A program made the translations under genes and the position numbers. Of a stretch of 64,000 nt of DNA, positions 29,789-43,760 are shown piece by piece. Below the pieces are notes generated by a model. That model did no database searches. It had not been told where the DNA came from and worked only from the letters and a program-made list of their open reading frames with translations. Source of the DNA: Spirochaetia bacterium (GTDB taxonomy: Bacteria; Spirochaetota; Spirochaetia; CADAEX01); NCBI GenBank assembly GCA_963662795.1, contig OY759746.1:288001-352000 (forward strand). Reading direction: 5' to 3'. The first letter of the stretch is position 1; each line of letters begins with the position of its first letter.

Positions 29789-30793
29789 TTGCCCATGCAT
29801 AAATTATTGATTTTTCTCAGGGAATCTGCGGTAAATACGTTAACTGTCTGCAGGATTCTCTTCATTCTGATGATACCTATCAGTATAATAATGAAAATAA
29901 TCAAGGAACTCGGGCTTATAGGATATATTGGGGATTTTCTTGCCCCTGTCATGGGTATTGTCGGGCTGCCTGGAAGCTACGGGCTTGTATGGGCTACGGC
30001 GATGTGCACAACCATTTACGGGGCAATGCTTGTTTTTTCAAATATAATAACGCAGCAGCCCATTACCACCGCGCAGACAACTGTCCTGGGTATAATGATT
30101 CTGGTCGCGCACGGGCTTCCGGTGGAAAGCTCCGTGGCAAGAAAATCCGGTATAAGATTAAGGGTTTCTCTTGTCATAAGAATCGGAATGGGAATTGTCT
30201 TCGGTTTTATTTTTTACCGCTTTTTCAGCTTTTTCAATCTTTATGATACAGAACCTGTAATCCTGTGGATTCCGAAAAACAGCGCGCCGGGAATTGCAGG
30301 CTGGGCAGCCGGAGAAGTTAAGAATTATGCTGTAATGACTGTGATAATTTTCACACTTATCACAGGGATGAAACTGCTTGAAAAATCCGGTTTTATCGGA
30401 ATACTTGTTAAACTCCTGCGGCCGCTGTTAAAAATTCTGGGAATAGGCGAAAAAGCAATACCGGTAACCATAATCGGAACAGTACTGGGCTATGCATACG
30501 GCGGAGGACTTATCATACAGGAGGCAAAATCAGGGAGGATAACAAAGAAAGACCTGTTTTATACTATAGTCCTTTTATCCCTCTGCCACAGTTTTATTGA
30601 AGACAGCCTGCTAATGGTATCAATCGGCAGCGCCGCGCTTCCTGTTTTTCTCGGAAGATTTGTCCTCGCATACATAACCTGTTCAATTATTGTTCTTCTC
30701 ACAAGGAGAATGGATTACAGCCTTTTTCTTAAAATATTTTTCAGGCCGGAGACAGCGGCAAAGAAAACCGCAGAGCAGCCGACAGGCCTTTGA
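29789..30793 (+). CDS. Nucleoside-recognition (Gate) domain membrane protein
   Basis: LAPVMGIVGLP, AHGLPVE, YGGGLIIQE and CHSFIED; multiple TM segments. Confidence 0.7.
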   Translation: MPMHKLLIFLRESAVNTLTVCRILFILMIPISIIMKIIKELGLIGYIGDFLAPVMGIVGLPGSYGLVWATAMCTTIYGAMLVFSNIITQQPITTAQTTVLGIMILVAHGLPVESSVARKSGIRLRVSLVIRIGMGIVFGFIFYRFFSFFNLYDTEPVILWIPKNSAPGIAGWAAGEVKNYAVMTVIIFTLITGMKLLEKSGFIGILVKLLRPLLKILGIGEKAIPVTIIGTVLGYAYGGGLIIQEAKSGRITKKDLFYTIVLLSLCHSFIEDSLLMVSIGSAALPVFLGRFVLAYITCSIIVLLTRRMDYSLFLKIFFRPETAAKKTAEQPTGL

Positions 30794-30807
30794 ATATTTA
30801 TGACTGA

Positions 30808-30841
30808 TAAAAAAAGCCGCTCCCGTATCCGGGGCGGCTTC
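30808..30841 (-). terminator. Rho-independent terminator (glyA)
   Basis: AAGCCGC...GCGGCTT hairpin with a 5' A-run on the + strand. Confidence 0.65.
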
Positions 30842-30866
30842 ATCATTATGTTTTTTACAATTCCAT

Positions 30867-32117
30867 TTATTCGTACATCGGATATTTCGCTGTAAAAGCG
30901 TAAACTTCATCCCTTATTGCTGAAAGGGCCGCATCATCCTCAACATTCTCGACAACCCGTTTTATGAATTCAGCCACAACAGCCATTTCTGCTTTACCCA
31001 TGCCTCTTGTGGTAAGAGACGGCGTTCCAAGCCTTATCCCGCTTGTTACCATCGGCTTCTGCGGATCAAACGGGATTGTATTCTTGTTTGCGCTTATCGC
31101 GGCTTTGTCGAGGGCAGCTTCAACAGCTTTGCCGGTAAGTCCTTTCTTTGATACATCGACAAGCATGAGGTGGTTGTCCGTACCGCCTGAAACAAGTGTA
31201 AATCCCCTCTCCATAAGGGCGGAGGCGAGTGCTTTTGCGTTATCATTTACATTCTTCATGTATATTTTATAATCCGGCTTAAGGCATTCGCCGAAAGCTA
31301 CAGCTTTTGCGGCAATTATGTGCATCAGCGGGCCGCCCTGTATACCGGGGAATATTTCCCTGTTGATTTTTTTGGCAATTTCTTCGTTATTTGTAAGAAG
31401 ATAACCTCCTCTCGGACCGCGGAGAGTTTTATGTGTTGTACCGGTAACTATATCCGCATAGGGAACAGGTGAGGGATGAAGTCCTGTCGCTACCTGACCT
31501 CCGATATGCGCAATATCAACCATAAGGGAAGCTCCCACTTCATCGCATATTTCCCTGAATTTTTTAAAATCAAGGAACCTCGGATAGGCGCTGGCACCGG
31601 CGATTATCATTTTAGGGCTGTTTTCTTTTGCAATCTTCCTGAGTTTGTCGTAGTCTATCTGCTGTGTTTCAGGAGAAACCTGATAGGCAACCATATTATA
31701 ATGCTGCCCTGAGAAATTAAGGGGATGCCCGTGAGTAAGGTGTCCTCCGTGGCTTAAATCCATACCCATAACAGTATCGCCCGGTTTTACCAGAGACATA
31801 TACGCGGCCATATTTGCCTGAGAGCCGGAATGGGCCTGGACATTCGCGAATTGCGCGTTAAAAAGTGTCTTTATTCTGTCGATGGCAAGTTTTTCAGCTT
31901 CATCTACAAATTCACATCCCCCGTAATATCTTTTTGAAGGATAACCTTCGGCGTACTTGTTTGTCATGATACTGCCGTCCGCTTCAAGAACAGCCATTGA
32001 TACATTGTTTTCAGAAGCAATCAACTCAAGATTTTTATTCTGTCTGGTTTTCTCGTTTTGAATCGCTGTCCATACATCCGGGTCGCTTTCTTTCAGCCCT
32101 TTTTTAAAAAATTCCAT
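30867..32117 (-). CDS. glyA: Serine hydroxymethyltransferase
   Basis: [33 protein letters not shown] and GGTDNHL. Confidence 0.97.
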   Translation of the reverse strand: MEFFKKGLKESDPDVWTAIQNEKTRQNKNLELIASENNVSMAVLEADGSIMTNKYAEGYPSKRYYGGCEFVDEAEKLAIDRIKTLFNAQFANVQAHSGSQANMAAYMSLVKPGDTVMGMDLSHGGHLTHGHPLNFSGQHYNMVAYQVSPETQQIDYDKLRKIAKENSPKMIIAGASAYPRFLDFKKFREICDEVGASLMVDIAHIGGQVATGLHPSPVPYADIVTGTTHKTLRGPRGGYLLTNNEEIAKKINREIFPGIQGGPLMHIIAAKAVAFGECLKPDYKIYMKNVNDNAKALASALMERGFTLVSGGTDNHLMLVDVSKKGLTGKAVEAALDKAAISANKNTIPFDPQKPMVTSGIRLGTPSLTTRGMGKAEMAVVAEFIKRVVENVEDDAALSAIRDEVYAFTAKYPMYE

Positions 32118-32300
32118 AAATTCCCCCTATTTAATGATCTTTTTAATGACCTTTGCGTTATAAACAATTGTAAGTAAAATCCCAACTGACAGAAAAATAT
32201 TACAGAAAACACCTGCAACATTCAAGTGTTATCATGAATCCTGTTTATTACACATAAAAAATGAGTTATCTTATAATTAATACTAAACACGGAGGATTGA

Positions 32301-33113
32301 ATGCTTGAAAATTTCATTGCTCTAAACCCTGTAATGCAGGCTTTTATTGCAACTCTTTTTACCTGGTCAGTGACAGCTCTCGGAGCCGCGGCTGTTTTTT
32401 TCTTTAAGACAATCAACAAAAAAGTGCTTAACGGAATGCTGGGCTTTGCATCAGGCATTATGATTGCAGCCAGTTTCTGGTCGCTTCTTGCACCTGCCAT
32501 AGCACTTGCGGAAGAAGTTACAGACACACCGTGGGTACCGGCCGTAGTCGGCTTTCTTTCAGGAGGGCTTTTCCTCTGGCTGGTGGACAAGATTCTGCCC
32601 CATGCTCACCCATCCTTTGCCAAAGGAAAAACAGAAGGGATAAAGACCTCTTGGCAGAGAAGCGTGCTGCTCGTCCTTGCAATAACAATTCATAATATTC
32701 CGGAAGGTCTTGCAGTCGGAGTGGCCTTCGGGGCGGTAGCAGCCGGTATCCCGTCTGCTACCATAGGAGGAGCAATAGCCCTTGCCATCGGTATAGGACT
32801 GCAGAATTTTCCGGAAGGGACTGCTGTCGCGGTTCCCCTCAGAAGGGAGGGATTCAGCAGGTTCAAGGCATTCCAGTACGGGCAGCTTTCAGGAATTGTT
32901 GAACCGATAGCAGGAGTACTGGGTGCCCTTGCAGTAATAACAATGAGAGGAATTCTCCCTTATGCGCTCTCATTCGCCGCAGGGGCGATGATCTATGTTG
33001 TTGTAGAAGAGCTGATACCTGAAGCGCAGATAGAAAAACACAGCGATCATGGAACAATCGGGGCAATGCTTGGTTTCGCAGTCATGATGCTGCTTGATGT
33101 AGCCCTTGGCTGA
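32301..33113 (+). CDS. ZIP family metal transporter (GufA/ZupT-like)
   Basis: [18 protein letters not shown] and [17 protein letters not shown]. Confidence 0.9.
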   Translation: MLENFIALNPVMQAFIATLFTWSVTALGAAAVFFFKTINKKVLNGMLGFASGIMIAASFWSLLAPAIALAEEVTDTPWVPAVVGFLSGGLFLWLVDKILPHAHPSFAKGKTEGIKTSWQRSVLLVLAITIHNIPEGLAVGVAFGAVAAGIPSATIGGAIALAIGIGLQNFPEGTAVAVPLRREGFSRFKAFQYGQLSGIVEPIAGVLGALAVITMRGILPYALSFAAGAMIYVVVEELIPEAQIEKHSDHGTIGAMLGFAVMMLLDVALG

Positions 33114-33269
33114 TATTCTGATTCTGAAATGCTGCTCAGCCTTTTGGCAAGCTCACAAATAACTGCTTATACCGGCAATACCGGGCAGGAACCGGTACAT
33201 ATGGAGAAAATCAGGTCAGGATAAGGAGGCAGCAATTCCGCAGCCTCCTTATTGATTTTCATAATCATC

Positions 33270-36200
33270 CTAATATGCAAGAATTGAATTCAGCCATTTT
33301 TCTGTAACTTCAAGGGCCTCATTTTTTCTTTCAGCATAATCCCTGATCTGGTCAAGTGCTATTTTTCCGACACTGAAATATTTGCTTTCGGGATGGGCAA
33401 AGTAATACCCGCAGACCGAAGCTTCCGGCACCATCATCCGGCTGTCTGTAAGGGAAATTCCGGTATTTTTTTCCGCTTCAAGAAGATTAAATATAAGCTC
33501 TTTTTCCCTGTGATCAGGGCATGCCTGGTACCCGGGCGCAGGGCGTATCCCCCTGTATTTTACTTTTAATATTTCTTCTATGGAGAGTCTCTCGTCCGGC
33601 TCATAGGGCCAGTATTCAGTTCTCACCCTGAGATGAAGATATTCTGCAAGAGCCTCCGCAAGACGGTCAGAGAGGGTCTTTACCATGATCCCGAGGTAAT
33701 CATCATCCCCGGCGATCTTTTCAACAGCATTTGCGGCACCGATCCCTCCGGTAACGGCAAATAATCCCAGATAATCTTTAATTTCAGATTCTTCAGGCGG
33801 CAGATAGTCTGAAAGGGAAAGATAATAAGGAATCTGGACCTTCTCTTTCTGCTGCCGGAGACATGGAAGGACAGCCGCTTCCTTATTTCTTTCCTCGCTT
33901 TCAAAAAGGATTATATCATCACCCCTCTGGGCCGCCGGCCAGAACCCGGCTGCCGCATTAAGGGTCAGGAGCCCCTCTTTTTCTATCCTGTCAAGGACCC
34001 TGTTGGCATCATCAAAGAGTTTTTCAGCTTCTGTTCCGACAGCAGGGTCTTTGAATATCTCAGGATATTTTCCCCTGATTTCCCAGGCAAGAAAGAAAAA
34101 CGACCAGTCAATATATTTCCTCACTTCATGAATGGAAAGGTTCTTAAAATACCTGGGCCCCCAAAATGCCGGGGACGGAGGCTGAATAAAATCCGGTCTA
34201 AACCGCTTTTCCCTGACCTCTTGCAAAGAGAGGTACTTCTCATCTTTAAGCTTGATATTCCTTTTAACCCTGGTCTTTTCCATTAATATTTTAAGATCAT
34301 TCTCATAGGATTTCCTCTTTTCCGGGTTCATGAGCTTCTCTACAACTCCTACTGCAAGGGAAGCATCCTTCACATGAATTACAGGGCCTGAATAAGCCGG
34401 ATCAATTTTCACTGCAGTGTGAATAAGGGAGGTTGTGGCACCGCCCACTAAAAGGGGTATCGTCATACCCCTTTTTTCCATCATGGCTGCCACATTTACC
34501 ATCTCGTCAAGGCTCGGGGTTATAAGTCCGGAAAGGCCTATGATATCTGCGCCTGTTTCTTCCGCCCTATCAAGTATGGATTCACCCGGAACCATTACTC
34601 CCATGTCTTCTATTTCATAGTTATTGCACTGGAGCACAACTCCCGCAATATTCTTGCCTATGTCGTGGACATCTCCCTTGACTGTCGCCATAATAATCTT
34701 TCCGTTGCTGACCGATTCCCCATCCTTCTTTTCCGCTTCAATAAACGGGAGGAGCCAGGCAACTGATGCTTTCATGACTCGTGCACTTTTAACAACCTGC
34801 GGCAGAAACATCTTTCCTGAACCGAACAATTCTCCAACCCTGTTCATTCCATCCATAAGAGCCCCTTCTATTACATCCAGGGCGCGGGAGGATTTTTTTC
34901 TGCATTCCTCGGTATCTTCAATGATAAATTTTGTAAGCCCTTTCACAAGTGCGTGAGAAAGTCTCTCTTCCACTGTGCCGGAACGCCATTCTTCATTGCC
35001 TGCCCCTCCGGCGCCTGATTTTCCCTCTTTATTTTCCACCAGCTCTGATGCAAGTTCGACAAGTCTTTCTGCGCCGTCTTCCCTTCTGTTAAGAAGTACA
35101 TCCTCTACAGCTGAAAGCAGCTCCTGTTCAATTTCATCATAGACAGTCAGTTGTCCGGGATTCACGATTCCCATGTCCATTCCCGCTTTAACCGCATGAT
35201 AGAGAAATACGGAATGGAAAGCCTCCCTGATATGATTATTACCGCGGAAAGAAAATGAAACATTACTCACGCCCCCTGAGATAAGAGTTCCCGGCATCCT
35301 TTTCTTTATCTCTTTAACTGCAGAAATAAAATCAACTCCGTAATTTGCATGTTCAGCAATACCGGTGCCTACGGCAAAAATATTTGGATCAAATATTATG
35401 TCGGAAGCCTTGAATCCTCCCTTTTCTGTAAGAAGTTTATAGCCCCGCTCACAGATACTCACCTTCCGTTCAAGACTGTCAGCCTGCCCTTCCTCATCAA
35501 AGGCCATGAAAATAACAGCTGCCCCGAATTTACGCACTTCACGTGCCTGATACAGGAACTTTTCCTCCCCCTCTTTGAGACTTATCGAGTTGACTATGGA
35601 TTTCCCCTGAACGCATTTAAGTCCTGAGAGGATTACTTCCCACTTTGATGAGTCGATCATTACAGGAACTCTGGAAATATCAGGTTCTCCTGAAAGAAGC
35701 TTTAGAAAATTATCCATCTCCCATGCCGAATCAAGCATGGCCTCGTCCATATTTACATCAATAATCTGGGCGCCGTTTTCAACCTGCTCCCGTGCTATTT
35801 CCAGGGCCTCCTCGTATTTACGGCCCATAATTAATTTTTTAAACCGGGCAGAACCTGTAACATTGGTCCTTTCCCCCACATTAACAAAAAGCGAATCTTC
35901 TTTTACTATGCAGGGTTCAAGACCGCTGAAAGCTGAATACGTTTTCTGTTCAGGTATTACTCTCGGCTTTTTACCGGAAACAGCCGAGGCTATAGCTGCA
36001 ATATGCTCAGGCATTGATCCGCAGCAGCCGCCGACGATATTTACAAGCCCTTCTTCTGCAAAACCCCTGATTATACCTGCCATAAACTCAGGGCTGTCAT
36101 CATATTCTCCAAGTTCATTGGGAAGGCCGGCATTCGGATGGGTTGAAACTCCGCACACGGCAGCCGCTGAAAGTTCTCTTAAGTATCGGCCCATGGCGTC

Positions 36201-36956
36201 TGCCCCGAGAGCGCAGTTCAATCCCACTGTCACAGCCCCGCTGTGCGCAACAGAATGATAGAAGGCTTCGGTGGTCTGTCCTGAAAGTGTTCTCCCGCTC
36301 GCATCTGTTATTGTTCCCGAGATCATCACGGGAAAATCAAGGCCTGTATTCTCCCTGAAGGAAAGAATTGCGTATATGGCGGCTTTTGCATTGAGTGTAT
36401 CAAATATGGTTTCTACCATAATCACGTCCGCACCACCTTCAATCAGACCGGAAAGAGCTTCGGCGTAGACATCCTTTAAGCGGTCAAATGTTACGGCCCT
36501 GTATTCCGGTCTGTTAACATCAGGTGAGATCGAAAGGGTTTTATTTGTCGGTCCCAGAATGCCTATCACATACCGCTGTTTTTCTGATGTCGAATATTTC
36601 TCAGCTGCCCTGCGCGCAATTACAGCAGAAGTTTTATTTAATTCCGTAACCAGAGATTCTGTTCCGTAGTCTCCCTGGGAAATCGAATTTGCGTTAAAAG
36701 TATTTGTTTCTATAAAGTCAGCCCCGGAGATAAGAAAGCGTTCGTGTATATCGGTTATTATGTCGGGGCGGGTAAGAGAAAGTATTTCATTGTTACCGGC
36801 AAGGGGTTTTGGGTGATCAGGAAACCTGCTCCCCCTGAAATCCTCCTCAAGGAGCTTATAGGTCTGTATAGTCGAGCCCATCGCCCCGTCAAGGATGAGA
36901 ATTCTTTCGCTCATCAGGTTTTTAAAATCTTTACTTGTAAGTCTGTTTTTAACCAT
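33270..36956 (-). CDS. metH: B12-dependent methionine synthase
   Basis: [27 protein letters not shown] (B12 His) and RPAPGY; start refined to MVKNR. Confidence 0.97.
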   Translation of the reverse strand: MVKNRLTSKDFKNLMSERILILDGAMGSTIQTYKLLEEDFRGSRFPDHPKPLAGNNEILSLTRPDIITDIHERFLISGADFIETNTFNANSISQGDYGTESLVTELNKTSAVIARRAAEKYSTSEKQRYVIGILGPTNKTLSISPDVNRPEYRAVTFDRLKDVYAEALSGLIEGGADVIMVETIFDTLNAKAAIYAILSFRENTGLDFPVMISGTITDASGRTLSGQTTEAFYHSVAHSGAVTVGLNCALGADAMGRYLRELSAAAVCGVSTHPNAGLPNELGEYDDSPEFMAGIIRGFAEEGLVNIVGGCCGSMPEHIAAIASAVSGKKPRVIPEQKTYSAFSGLEPCIVKEDSLFVNVGERTNVTGSARFKKLIMGRKYEEALEIAREQVENGAQIIDVNMDEAMLDSAWEMDNFLKLLSGEPDISRVPVMIDSSKWEVILSGLKCVQGKSIVNSISLKEGEEKFLYQAREVRKFGAAVIFMAFDEEGQADSLERKVSICERGYKLLTEKGGFKASDIIFDPNIFAVGTGIAEHANYGVDFISAVKEIKKRMPGTLISGGVSNVSFSFRGNNHIREAFHSVFLYHAVKAGMDMGIVNPGQLTVYDEIEQELLSAVEDVLLNRREDGAERLVELASELVENKEGKSGAGGAGNEEWRSGTVEERLSHALVKGLTKFIIEDTEECRKKSSRALDVIEGALMDGMNRVGELFGSGKMFLPQVVKSARVMKASVAWLLPFIEAEKKDGESVSNGKIIMATVKGDVHDIGKNIAGVVLQCNNYEIEDMGVMVPGESILDRAEETGADIIGLSGLITPSLDEMVNVAAMMEKRGMTIPLLVGGATTSLIHTAVKIDPAYSGPVIHVKDASLAVGVVEKLMNPEKRKSYENDLKILMEKTRVKRNIKLKDEKYLSLQEVREKRFRPDFIQPPSPAFWGPRYFKNLSIHEVRKYIDWSFFFLAWEIRGKYPEIFKDPAVGTEAEKLFDDANRVLDRIEKEGLLTLNAAAGFWPAAQRGDDIILFESEERNKEAAVLPCLRQQKEKVQIPYYLSLSDYLPPEESEIKDYLGLFAVTGGIGAANAVEKIAGDDDYLGIMVKTLSDRLAEALAEYLHLRVRTEYWPYEPDERLSIEEILKVKYRGIRPAPGYQACPDHREKELIFNLLEAEKNTGISLTDSRMMVPEASVCGYYFAHPESKYFSVGKIALDQIRDYAERKNEALEVTEKWLNSILAY

Positions 36957-37128
36957 TTTTACCCCCCGGTGATTCACCCTTTCGTTTCAGGATGTAATCA
37001 GTGTCCTGCTCATTAATGAAGTTTATTACATTTATAAAGTTCCTGCATTTTTCAGCAAGGGAATATACCCCCTTCGGAGGACTTTCACTTAAGGGGAAAT
37101 GCGCCCCTGTCAGGGGTTCATCAAAAGA

Positions 37129-37158
37129 AAAAGGCTTCCCCGTCTGGAAAGCCTTTTT
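37129..37158 (-). terminator. Rho-independent terminator after secF
   Basis: AAAAGGCTT...AAGCCTTTTT hairpin. Confidence 0.65.
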
Positions 37159-37186
37159 GTATTCATCAAAAGAAGTCCGTTTCATG

Positions 37187-38551
37187 TCATTTTTTTGATG
37201 ATCTTTTTTTCCCTGTTTTTTTAGTCCTCGACGGAGCAGATAATGCTGCGGGCTTTGCAGGTATTGGTTTTTCTTCTTTAGAAACGGGAGCAGATTCTCC
37301 CTTGGCATCATGAGAAACCTGTTTATCCACATACTTTTTCTCTGCTGCGTCAACCTTTCTTTTTTTAACAGTATTTACCCATCCGAGGAGGATCGGGGAA
37401 GCAATAAAAATCGAAGAGTAGGTTCCGACTATAATACCTACAATCAGGTTAAGGGCGAATATTTTAATCATGCCTGAACCGAAGAGATAAATTGCAAGAA
37501 CTGCCAGAAGAGTCGTAAGTGATGTGATAAGCGTTCTGCTGAGGGATTGTGTAATACTTATGTTTATTACCTTTACAAAATCCTTGTCACGGAGAAGGCC
37601 CTGATTTTCCCTTATCCTGTCGAAAATTACGATTGTGTCATTAAGTGAATAACCAATTATAGTAAGAACAGCCGCGATTGTCGCTGTATTTACCTCTATC
37701 CTGAATGTTCCGATAACACCTATCATTACACATACATCGTGAACCAGGGCAGCTATCGCTGAAACAGCGTAGGCAAGCCTGAACCGGAACCAGATATAGG
37801 CAAGTATAAGAAGAAGGGCAAAGCCTGTGAGATACGCAGACTGAAATCCTATTGATTTTGAAAATTTAGGACCTACATAGTCGCTCTGTTTGATGACAAT
37901 ATTTGATGTGCCGAATTTATTCTCAAGCAGTTTAACAATGCTGTTCGACGCTTTTGTATTAAAATCCTTTTCGCCTTCCTTATCCTGCATCCTGACGATG
38001 AATTCCTGGTTTACCTCGTTTCCGACTGTTTGTATCTGAACTGTACCGAGTGTTGACAGGGCTTCCCTGATGTCAGCTATATCGACGTATTTATTCTGAT
38101 CAGTATTCCGGCAGTTAAGCGTTACACCTTCAGGTGTTAAATCTGATTCATAATTAAGGCCTAAAATTGAAACAGCAGAACGCGCTCCGCTGCCCATAAT
38201 CTCTACTGATATGTCTTCAATTGATGAGACTGCAGAAGCAAGATCTGAAACATCCGGATATTCGGCAAGAATAAATGCTTTTTCCTCTTTTACAAGACCG
38301 CCATCGCGGAAAACGTTTACCTGCAAAGTTCCTTCACTGATATTTATAACAGCCCTGTCGCTGCCTGTATATGAAACCTGCAGGGACTTTTCAGCGATCT
38401 GAACCCTCATGTCAACACCTGAGAGAAAGTCTATGCCGAGATTAAAACCGCCGTTAACTGCAATACCGGTAAAACCCCCGATAATCATTATCAGGGAGAG
38501 AATTATCATCGGTATTTTAACTTTGGTGAATTGAATTATCTTTTCGCTCAT
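37187..38551 (-). CDS. secF: Protein translocase subunit SecF
   Basis: LGIDF, VGP, HDV, GYSLNDTIVIFDRIRE and GTYSSIFIA. Confidence 0.95.
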   Translation of the reverse strand: MSEKIIQFTKVKIPMIILSLIMIIGGFTGIAVNGGFNLGIDFLSGVDMRVQIAEKSLQVSYTGSDRAVINISEGTLQVNVFRDGGLVKEEKAFILAEYPDVSDLASAVSSIEDISVEIMGSGARSAVSILGLNYESDLTPEGVTLNCRNTDQNKYVDIADIREALSTLGTVQIQTVGNEVNQEFIVRMQDKEGEKDFNTKASNSIVKLLENKFGTSNIVIKQSDYVGPKFSKSIGFQSAYLTGFALLLILAYIWFRFRLAYAVSAIAALVHDVCVMIGVIGTFRIEVNTATIAAVLTIIGYSLNDTIVIFDRIRENQGLLRDKDFVKVINISITQSLSRTLITSLTTLLAVLAIYLFGSGMIKIFALNLIVGIIVGTYSSIFIASPILLGWVNTVKKRKVDAAEKKYVDKQVSHDAKGESAPVSKEEKPIPAKPAALSAPSRTKKTGKKRSSKK

Positions 38552-40281
38552 TTAATCCTCCAGCTGATGCTCAACTTTTTCTTTCCGGAAAAACTCAAAG
38601 CCATGTCAAAGAGCAGTCTTGATACAAACAGTGCTGTAAACATGGAGCTCACAATACCTACTGCGAGGGTATAGGCAAATCCCTGTATAGGCCCTGTTCC
38701 AAGCTGTGAAAGGAAAATCGCAGCAATAAATGTGGTAAGGTTTGAGTCCATGATAGTCCAGAATGCTTTCTTGTAACCTGCGTTGACGGAAGCCTCGGCT
38801 GTTTTGCCAAGTCTGTATTCTTCCTTGATTCTTTCAAATATAATTACGTTAGCGTCAACCGCCATACCTACAGTAAGGATAAGGCCGGCAATGCTTGTCA
38901 TGGTCAGTGTAAGATTAAAAGCGGAAAGTATCGCTATCATCAGATAAAGGTTCATAAAAAGAGCAATATTGGCTATAATGCCCGCTCCCTTGTAGTAGAT
39001 AAGCATAAATACCACAACAAGAATAAAACCAAGGGTTATTGCCCTGATACCGACCCGGATCGAATCCGCTCCAAGGGAAGCGCCTACTGCCTGCTGATTA
39101 TCGATTTTAAGATCAACCGGAAGCGCCGCGGTTCTAAGGACAAGCGCAAGGTCCGAAGCTTCCTGCCTGTCAAAGCCTGTCATCCTTACCTGTCCGGACG
39201 GGATCGGTTCCTGAATTACAGCGCCTGCCTTAACCCTGTCATCAAGCACAATAGCCATTGTTTTTTCCGTATTGGCAGATGTCAGCTTAAAGAAGATGTC
39301 AGCGCCTTCCTTGTCCAGTGTGAAATTGATTATCGGTTTTCCTGTTATGGGATCGTTTCCGACCTGGGCGTTTACTATATGAGTTCCGTCAAGACCTTTT
39401 TCTTCCCTTATGGCAATATATCTCTGTACCCTGTCAATTCCGTATTCATCCTTCTGTACAAATTCCCTCGCAACAGTTCCGGGAGGAAGTACTGCAGGGT
39501 CAAAAGGCTGATTATTATCCGGCCTTAAAGCCTTACCCCTGTTTTCACTGATATACTTCTGAAGAGAGGTTGTCGCCTCATCGTCTACTATATGAAAATT
39601 AAGGCTCCCCTTACCCATAAGGAAGGTATTTACCCTTTCAGGGTCGGCAGCACCGGGTATTTCAATATATATTGAATCATCACCCTGTCTTCTTATCTGG
39701 GGTTCTGTAACGCCGAACTTGTCAATCCTGTTGTTAAGGATTTCCATAGCCCGGTCGATTGCCGCCCCTTTCTCATCCGCAGTAGGAGTATGTCCAAGTC
39801 TTTCGCCGAGACTGTCTATATCAGCCTGAAGGAGAACACTCATGCCTCCCGAAAGGTCAAGTCCAAGCTGGAGTATTCCCTTGCTGGTCTCCTTTCTGTC
39901 GAGGATTTCCTTTCTGTAGTGGGATTCGAGAAGATTGAATGTATTATCCTCTGTTTTGAGGCTTTTTAAGAGCTCATCAAGAGTCCATTCCTTTGGAGAT
40001 GCTTTTTTTGCCAGTTTATAATTTTCCTTTGCAGTATCCACAAGAAAATCATATTCGGCAGGGACTATCATTGCACGGTCTTTAACTGCCAGTTCTTTTA
40101 TTTTATCAAGTTCTCTGGCTGCTTTACTTAGGGCATAGGTTCGTATCTGTTCTTTTGACCCGGAAGCTATTTCTTTGACATCAGCCGGCACCCTGAAGTA
40201 CCAGTTATACGTAGAATAAAGAAAAACTCCGGCAACGACCAATACCAAAAGTATAACAAAAAATCTATAACGTTTGCTCAT
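38548..40281 (-). CDS. secD: Protein translocase subunit SecD
   Basis: LGLDLSGG, RIDKFGVTEP and GMAVDANVIIFERIKEE. Confidence 0.95.
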   Translation of the reverse strand: MSKRYRFFVILLVLVVAGVFLYSTYNWYFRVPADVKEIASGSKEQIRTYALSKAARELDKIKELAVKDRAMIVPAEYDFLVDTAKENYKLAKKASPKEWTLDELLKSLKTEDNTFNLLESHYRKEILDRKETSKGILQLGLDLSGGMSVLLQADIDSLGERLGHTPTADEKGAAIDRAMEILNNRIDKFGVTEPQIRRQGDDSIYIEIPGAADPERVNTFLMGKGSLNFHIVDDEATTSLQKYISENRGKALRPDNNQPFDPAVLPPGTVAREFVQKDEYGIDRVQRYIAIREEKGLDGTHIVNAQVGNDPITGKPIINFTLDKEGADIFFKLTSANTEKTMAIVLDDRVKAGAVIQEPIPSGQVRMTGFDRQEASDLALVLRTAALPVDLKIDNQQAVGASLGADSIRVGIRAITLGFILVVVFMLIYYKGAGIIANIALFMNLYLMIAILSAFNLTLTMTSIAGLILTVGMAVDANVIIFERIKEEYRLGKTAEASVNAGYKKAFWTIMDSNLTTFIAAIFLSQLGTGPIQGFAYTLAVGIVSSMFTALFVSRLLFDMALSFSGKKKLSISWRIK

Positions 40282-40307
40282 TTAGTTACTCCGGTTGTCA
40301 AACTCTT

Positions 40308-40670
40308 TTATTTGCTTTTTTCTTCAGCCGCAGATGCGTCTGATTTATCACCTTTTGGTTCATGTTTTTCAAGTACTGTTGCTACAGCGCTTTTTGTAAA
40401 CTCAATCTTGGTATTGTCATCGACTTTTACAACAATTGTAGTTTCTTTTACTGCCTGAACTACACCTCTTATTCCGCCGATTGTTACAATTTTATCGAAT
40501 TTTTTGATCTCGCTGATCATTTTCTGGGTTTCTTTCTGTTTTTTATTCTGCGGCCTGATTATAAAAAAATAGAATACAGCAATAACTGCACCAAAAGTGA
40601 GAAATGTTGTAGCCATTGATCCGCCGGCACCTGCCTGAAGGACAGGAAGACTACTGGTAAAGCTAATCAT
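40308..40670 (-). CDS. yajC: Preprotein translocase subunit YajC
   Basis: FYFFIIRPQNKKQK and DKIVTIGGI; upstream of secD. Confidence 0.93.
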   Translation of the reverse strand: MISFTSSLPVLQAGAGGSMATTFLTFGAVIAVFYFFIIRPQNKKQKETQKMISEIKKFDKIVTIGGIRGVVQAVKETTIVVKVDDNTKIEFTKSAVATVLEKHEPKGDKSDASAAEEKSK

Positions 40671-40782
40671 AATAACTTCCTTTGTTTGAATATTTTATTT
40701 AAAAATTACAGAAAAAGTTACCATACTATCGCAGCAGTAGTCAAGAACGCATATTAAATGCAGAACCGGAGGTACTGCCGGA

Positions 40783-41076
40783 TTATATTTGAACTGTTTT
40801 TGTTATTTCTTCCGGCAGCCTGTGAACGCCAAGAACAAGTTGGAGCTGATCAATACTTGCCAGGGGTTTATCTGTTGATAAATTATATTTTTCCAGCACT
40901 GCTTTAAACTCTTCATTATTTTTCGAGTAGATTGCGGAACAGAGTGCAGGTTTGAAAAACCCTTCCTCAAGAAGCTGTGCAGTTGTATAAGAGCTGTATT
41001 TTTTTTTCGCCTTGCTGTCTACAACAGCAGAATCTCCGTCATATCCGATAGTAAAAATAAAATCTTCCCTTTTCAT
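40783..41076 (-). CDS. Small conserved hypothetical protein
   Basis: Roughly 97-aa ORF (MKREDFIFTIGY) between groL and yajC on the same strand. Confidence 0.6.
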   Translation of the reverse strand: MKREDFIFTIGYDGDSAVVDSKAKKKYSSYTTAQLLEEGFFKPALCSAIYSKNNEEFKAVLEKYNLSTDKPLASIDQLQLVLGVHRLPEEITKTVQI

Positions 41077-41133
41077 AAGCAAATACCCTTAATACACCTT
41101 GAAAATGCAGCAGTAAAACTGCCGCGTAATATC

Positions 41134-41172
41134 AAAAAAAGGGGAAAGTCCCTCAAAGAGAACATTTCCCCT
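41134..41172 (-). terminator. Rho-independent terminator after groL
   Basis: A-run, AGGGGAAA...TTTCCCCT hairpin. Confidence 0.6.
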
Positions 41173-41193
41173 CTATTGTCCGATATGAGGGAA

Positions 41194-42894
<1,701 letters not shown>

Positions 42895-42980
42895 TTATCA
42901 CTAAAGAAGATACAAATTCTTTTTCAAATCATCAACAATTAATTTTCGGATTTTTTATTTTTTTATCATCCTGTCCATGA

Positions 42981-43760
42981 TTATCTGCATAAAACCTCTC
43001 CGCTGTAGACATGCCGCATCCTGCCGCTCCCTTTTTCCATTATAACAAGCTCTCCGTCATCTCCGAGTCCCGAGATAACACCCTCAATCCTTTTACCGCT
43101 TTCAGGAAGCCCGTCGCACAGGAGGACATTCTCCCCCTTCATGAAAAGCTTTTCTTCCACAACGCTTCTCCAGGTATTGCTGTTCCAGTTTTCCTTCATA
43201 AAAGAAAGAAGCCCTTCAAGTGTCCGGAGAAGATCAGGCTTTTCACCTGTTATTTCACTTATGGAGATAATCCTGTTTCCGGCAATTTCCTTTTCCGCAA
43301 AAGTCCCGCAGTTTAAGCCTATGCCGCACAATATATAACCCGAGCTGTTTTCGCACAGAATTCCGGATATCTTTCTCCTGTCAAAAAGCACATCATTCGG
43401 CCATTTGATCCTTGATTTAATACCGTATTCAGATTCAAGATATCCTGATACAGAAAAACCGGCAAAAAGAGGAAGAAATGCAGGAGGGAACTTAAGATCA
43501 TCATTTCTTATCAGCATGGTGAACATCAGGCTTTCATCCCTGGCCGATATCCACTTTCTCCCGGCTACCCTTCCTCTGCCGGCTGTCTGCTCGGATGCTG
43601 TGACAAGAGTTCCGGTCGGCGGATTTGACGGGATCAGGCCCCTTGCGTCATTCATCGTGGAATCTGTTGTTTCCTTATAGTAAATTTCAGCCTTTTCGGG
43701 TCCGCTTCCGCGTCCTGCCGGCTGTCTGCTGAATGGGTTATCTATGTTCAGTATCTGCAT
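42981..43760 (-). CDS. birA: Biotin--[acetyl-CoA-carboxylase] ligase (no HTH)
   Basis: STMNDA, QTAGRGR, KWPND and KISGILCE. Confidence 0.9.
   Translation of the reverse strand: MQILNIDNPFSRQPAGRGSGPEKAEIYYKETTDSTMNDARGLIPSNPPTGTLVTASEQTAGRGRVAGRKWISARDESLMFTMLIRNDDLKFPPAFLPLFAGFSVSGYLESEYGIKSRIKWPNDVLFDRRKISGILCENSSGYILCGIGLNCGTFAEKEIAGNRIISISEITGEKPDLLRTLEGLLSFMKENWNSNTWRSVVEEKLFMKGENVLLCDGLPESGKRIEGVISGLGDDGELVIMEKGSGRMRHVYSGEVLCR

Noticed and set aside
36960-37186. SAM or cobalamin riboswitch upstream of metH
   Set aside because: No S-box or B12-box core motifs were recognised. The region is explained by the secF terminator and a probable promoter.
36949-37353. 134-aa ORF bridging secF and metH
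   Set aside because: It overlaps secF out of frame and runs through a terminator; probably spurious.
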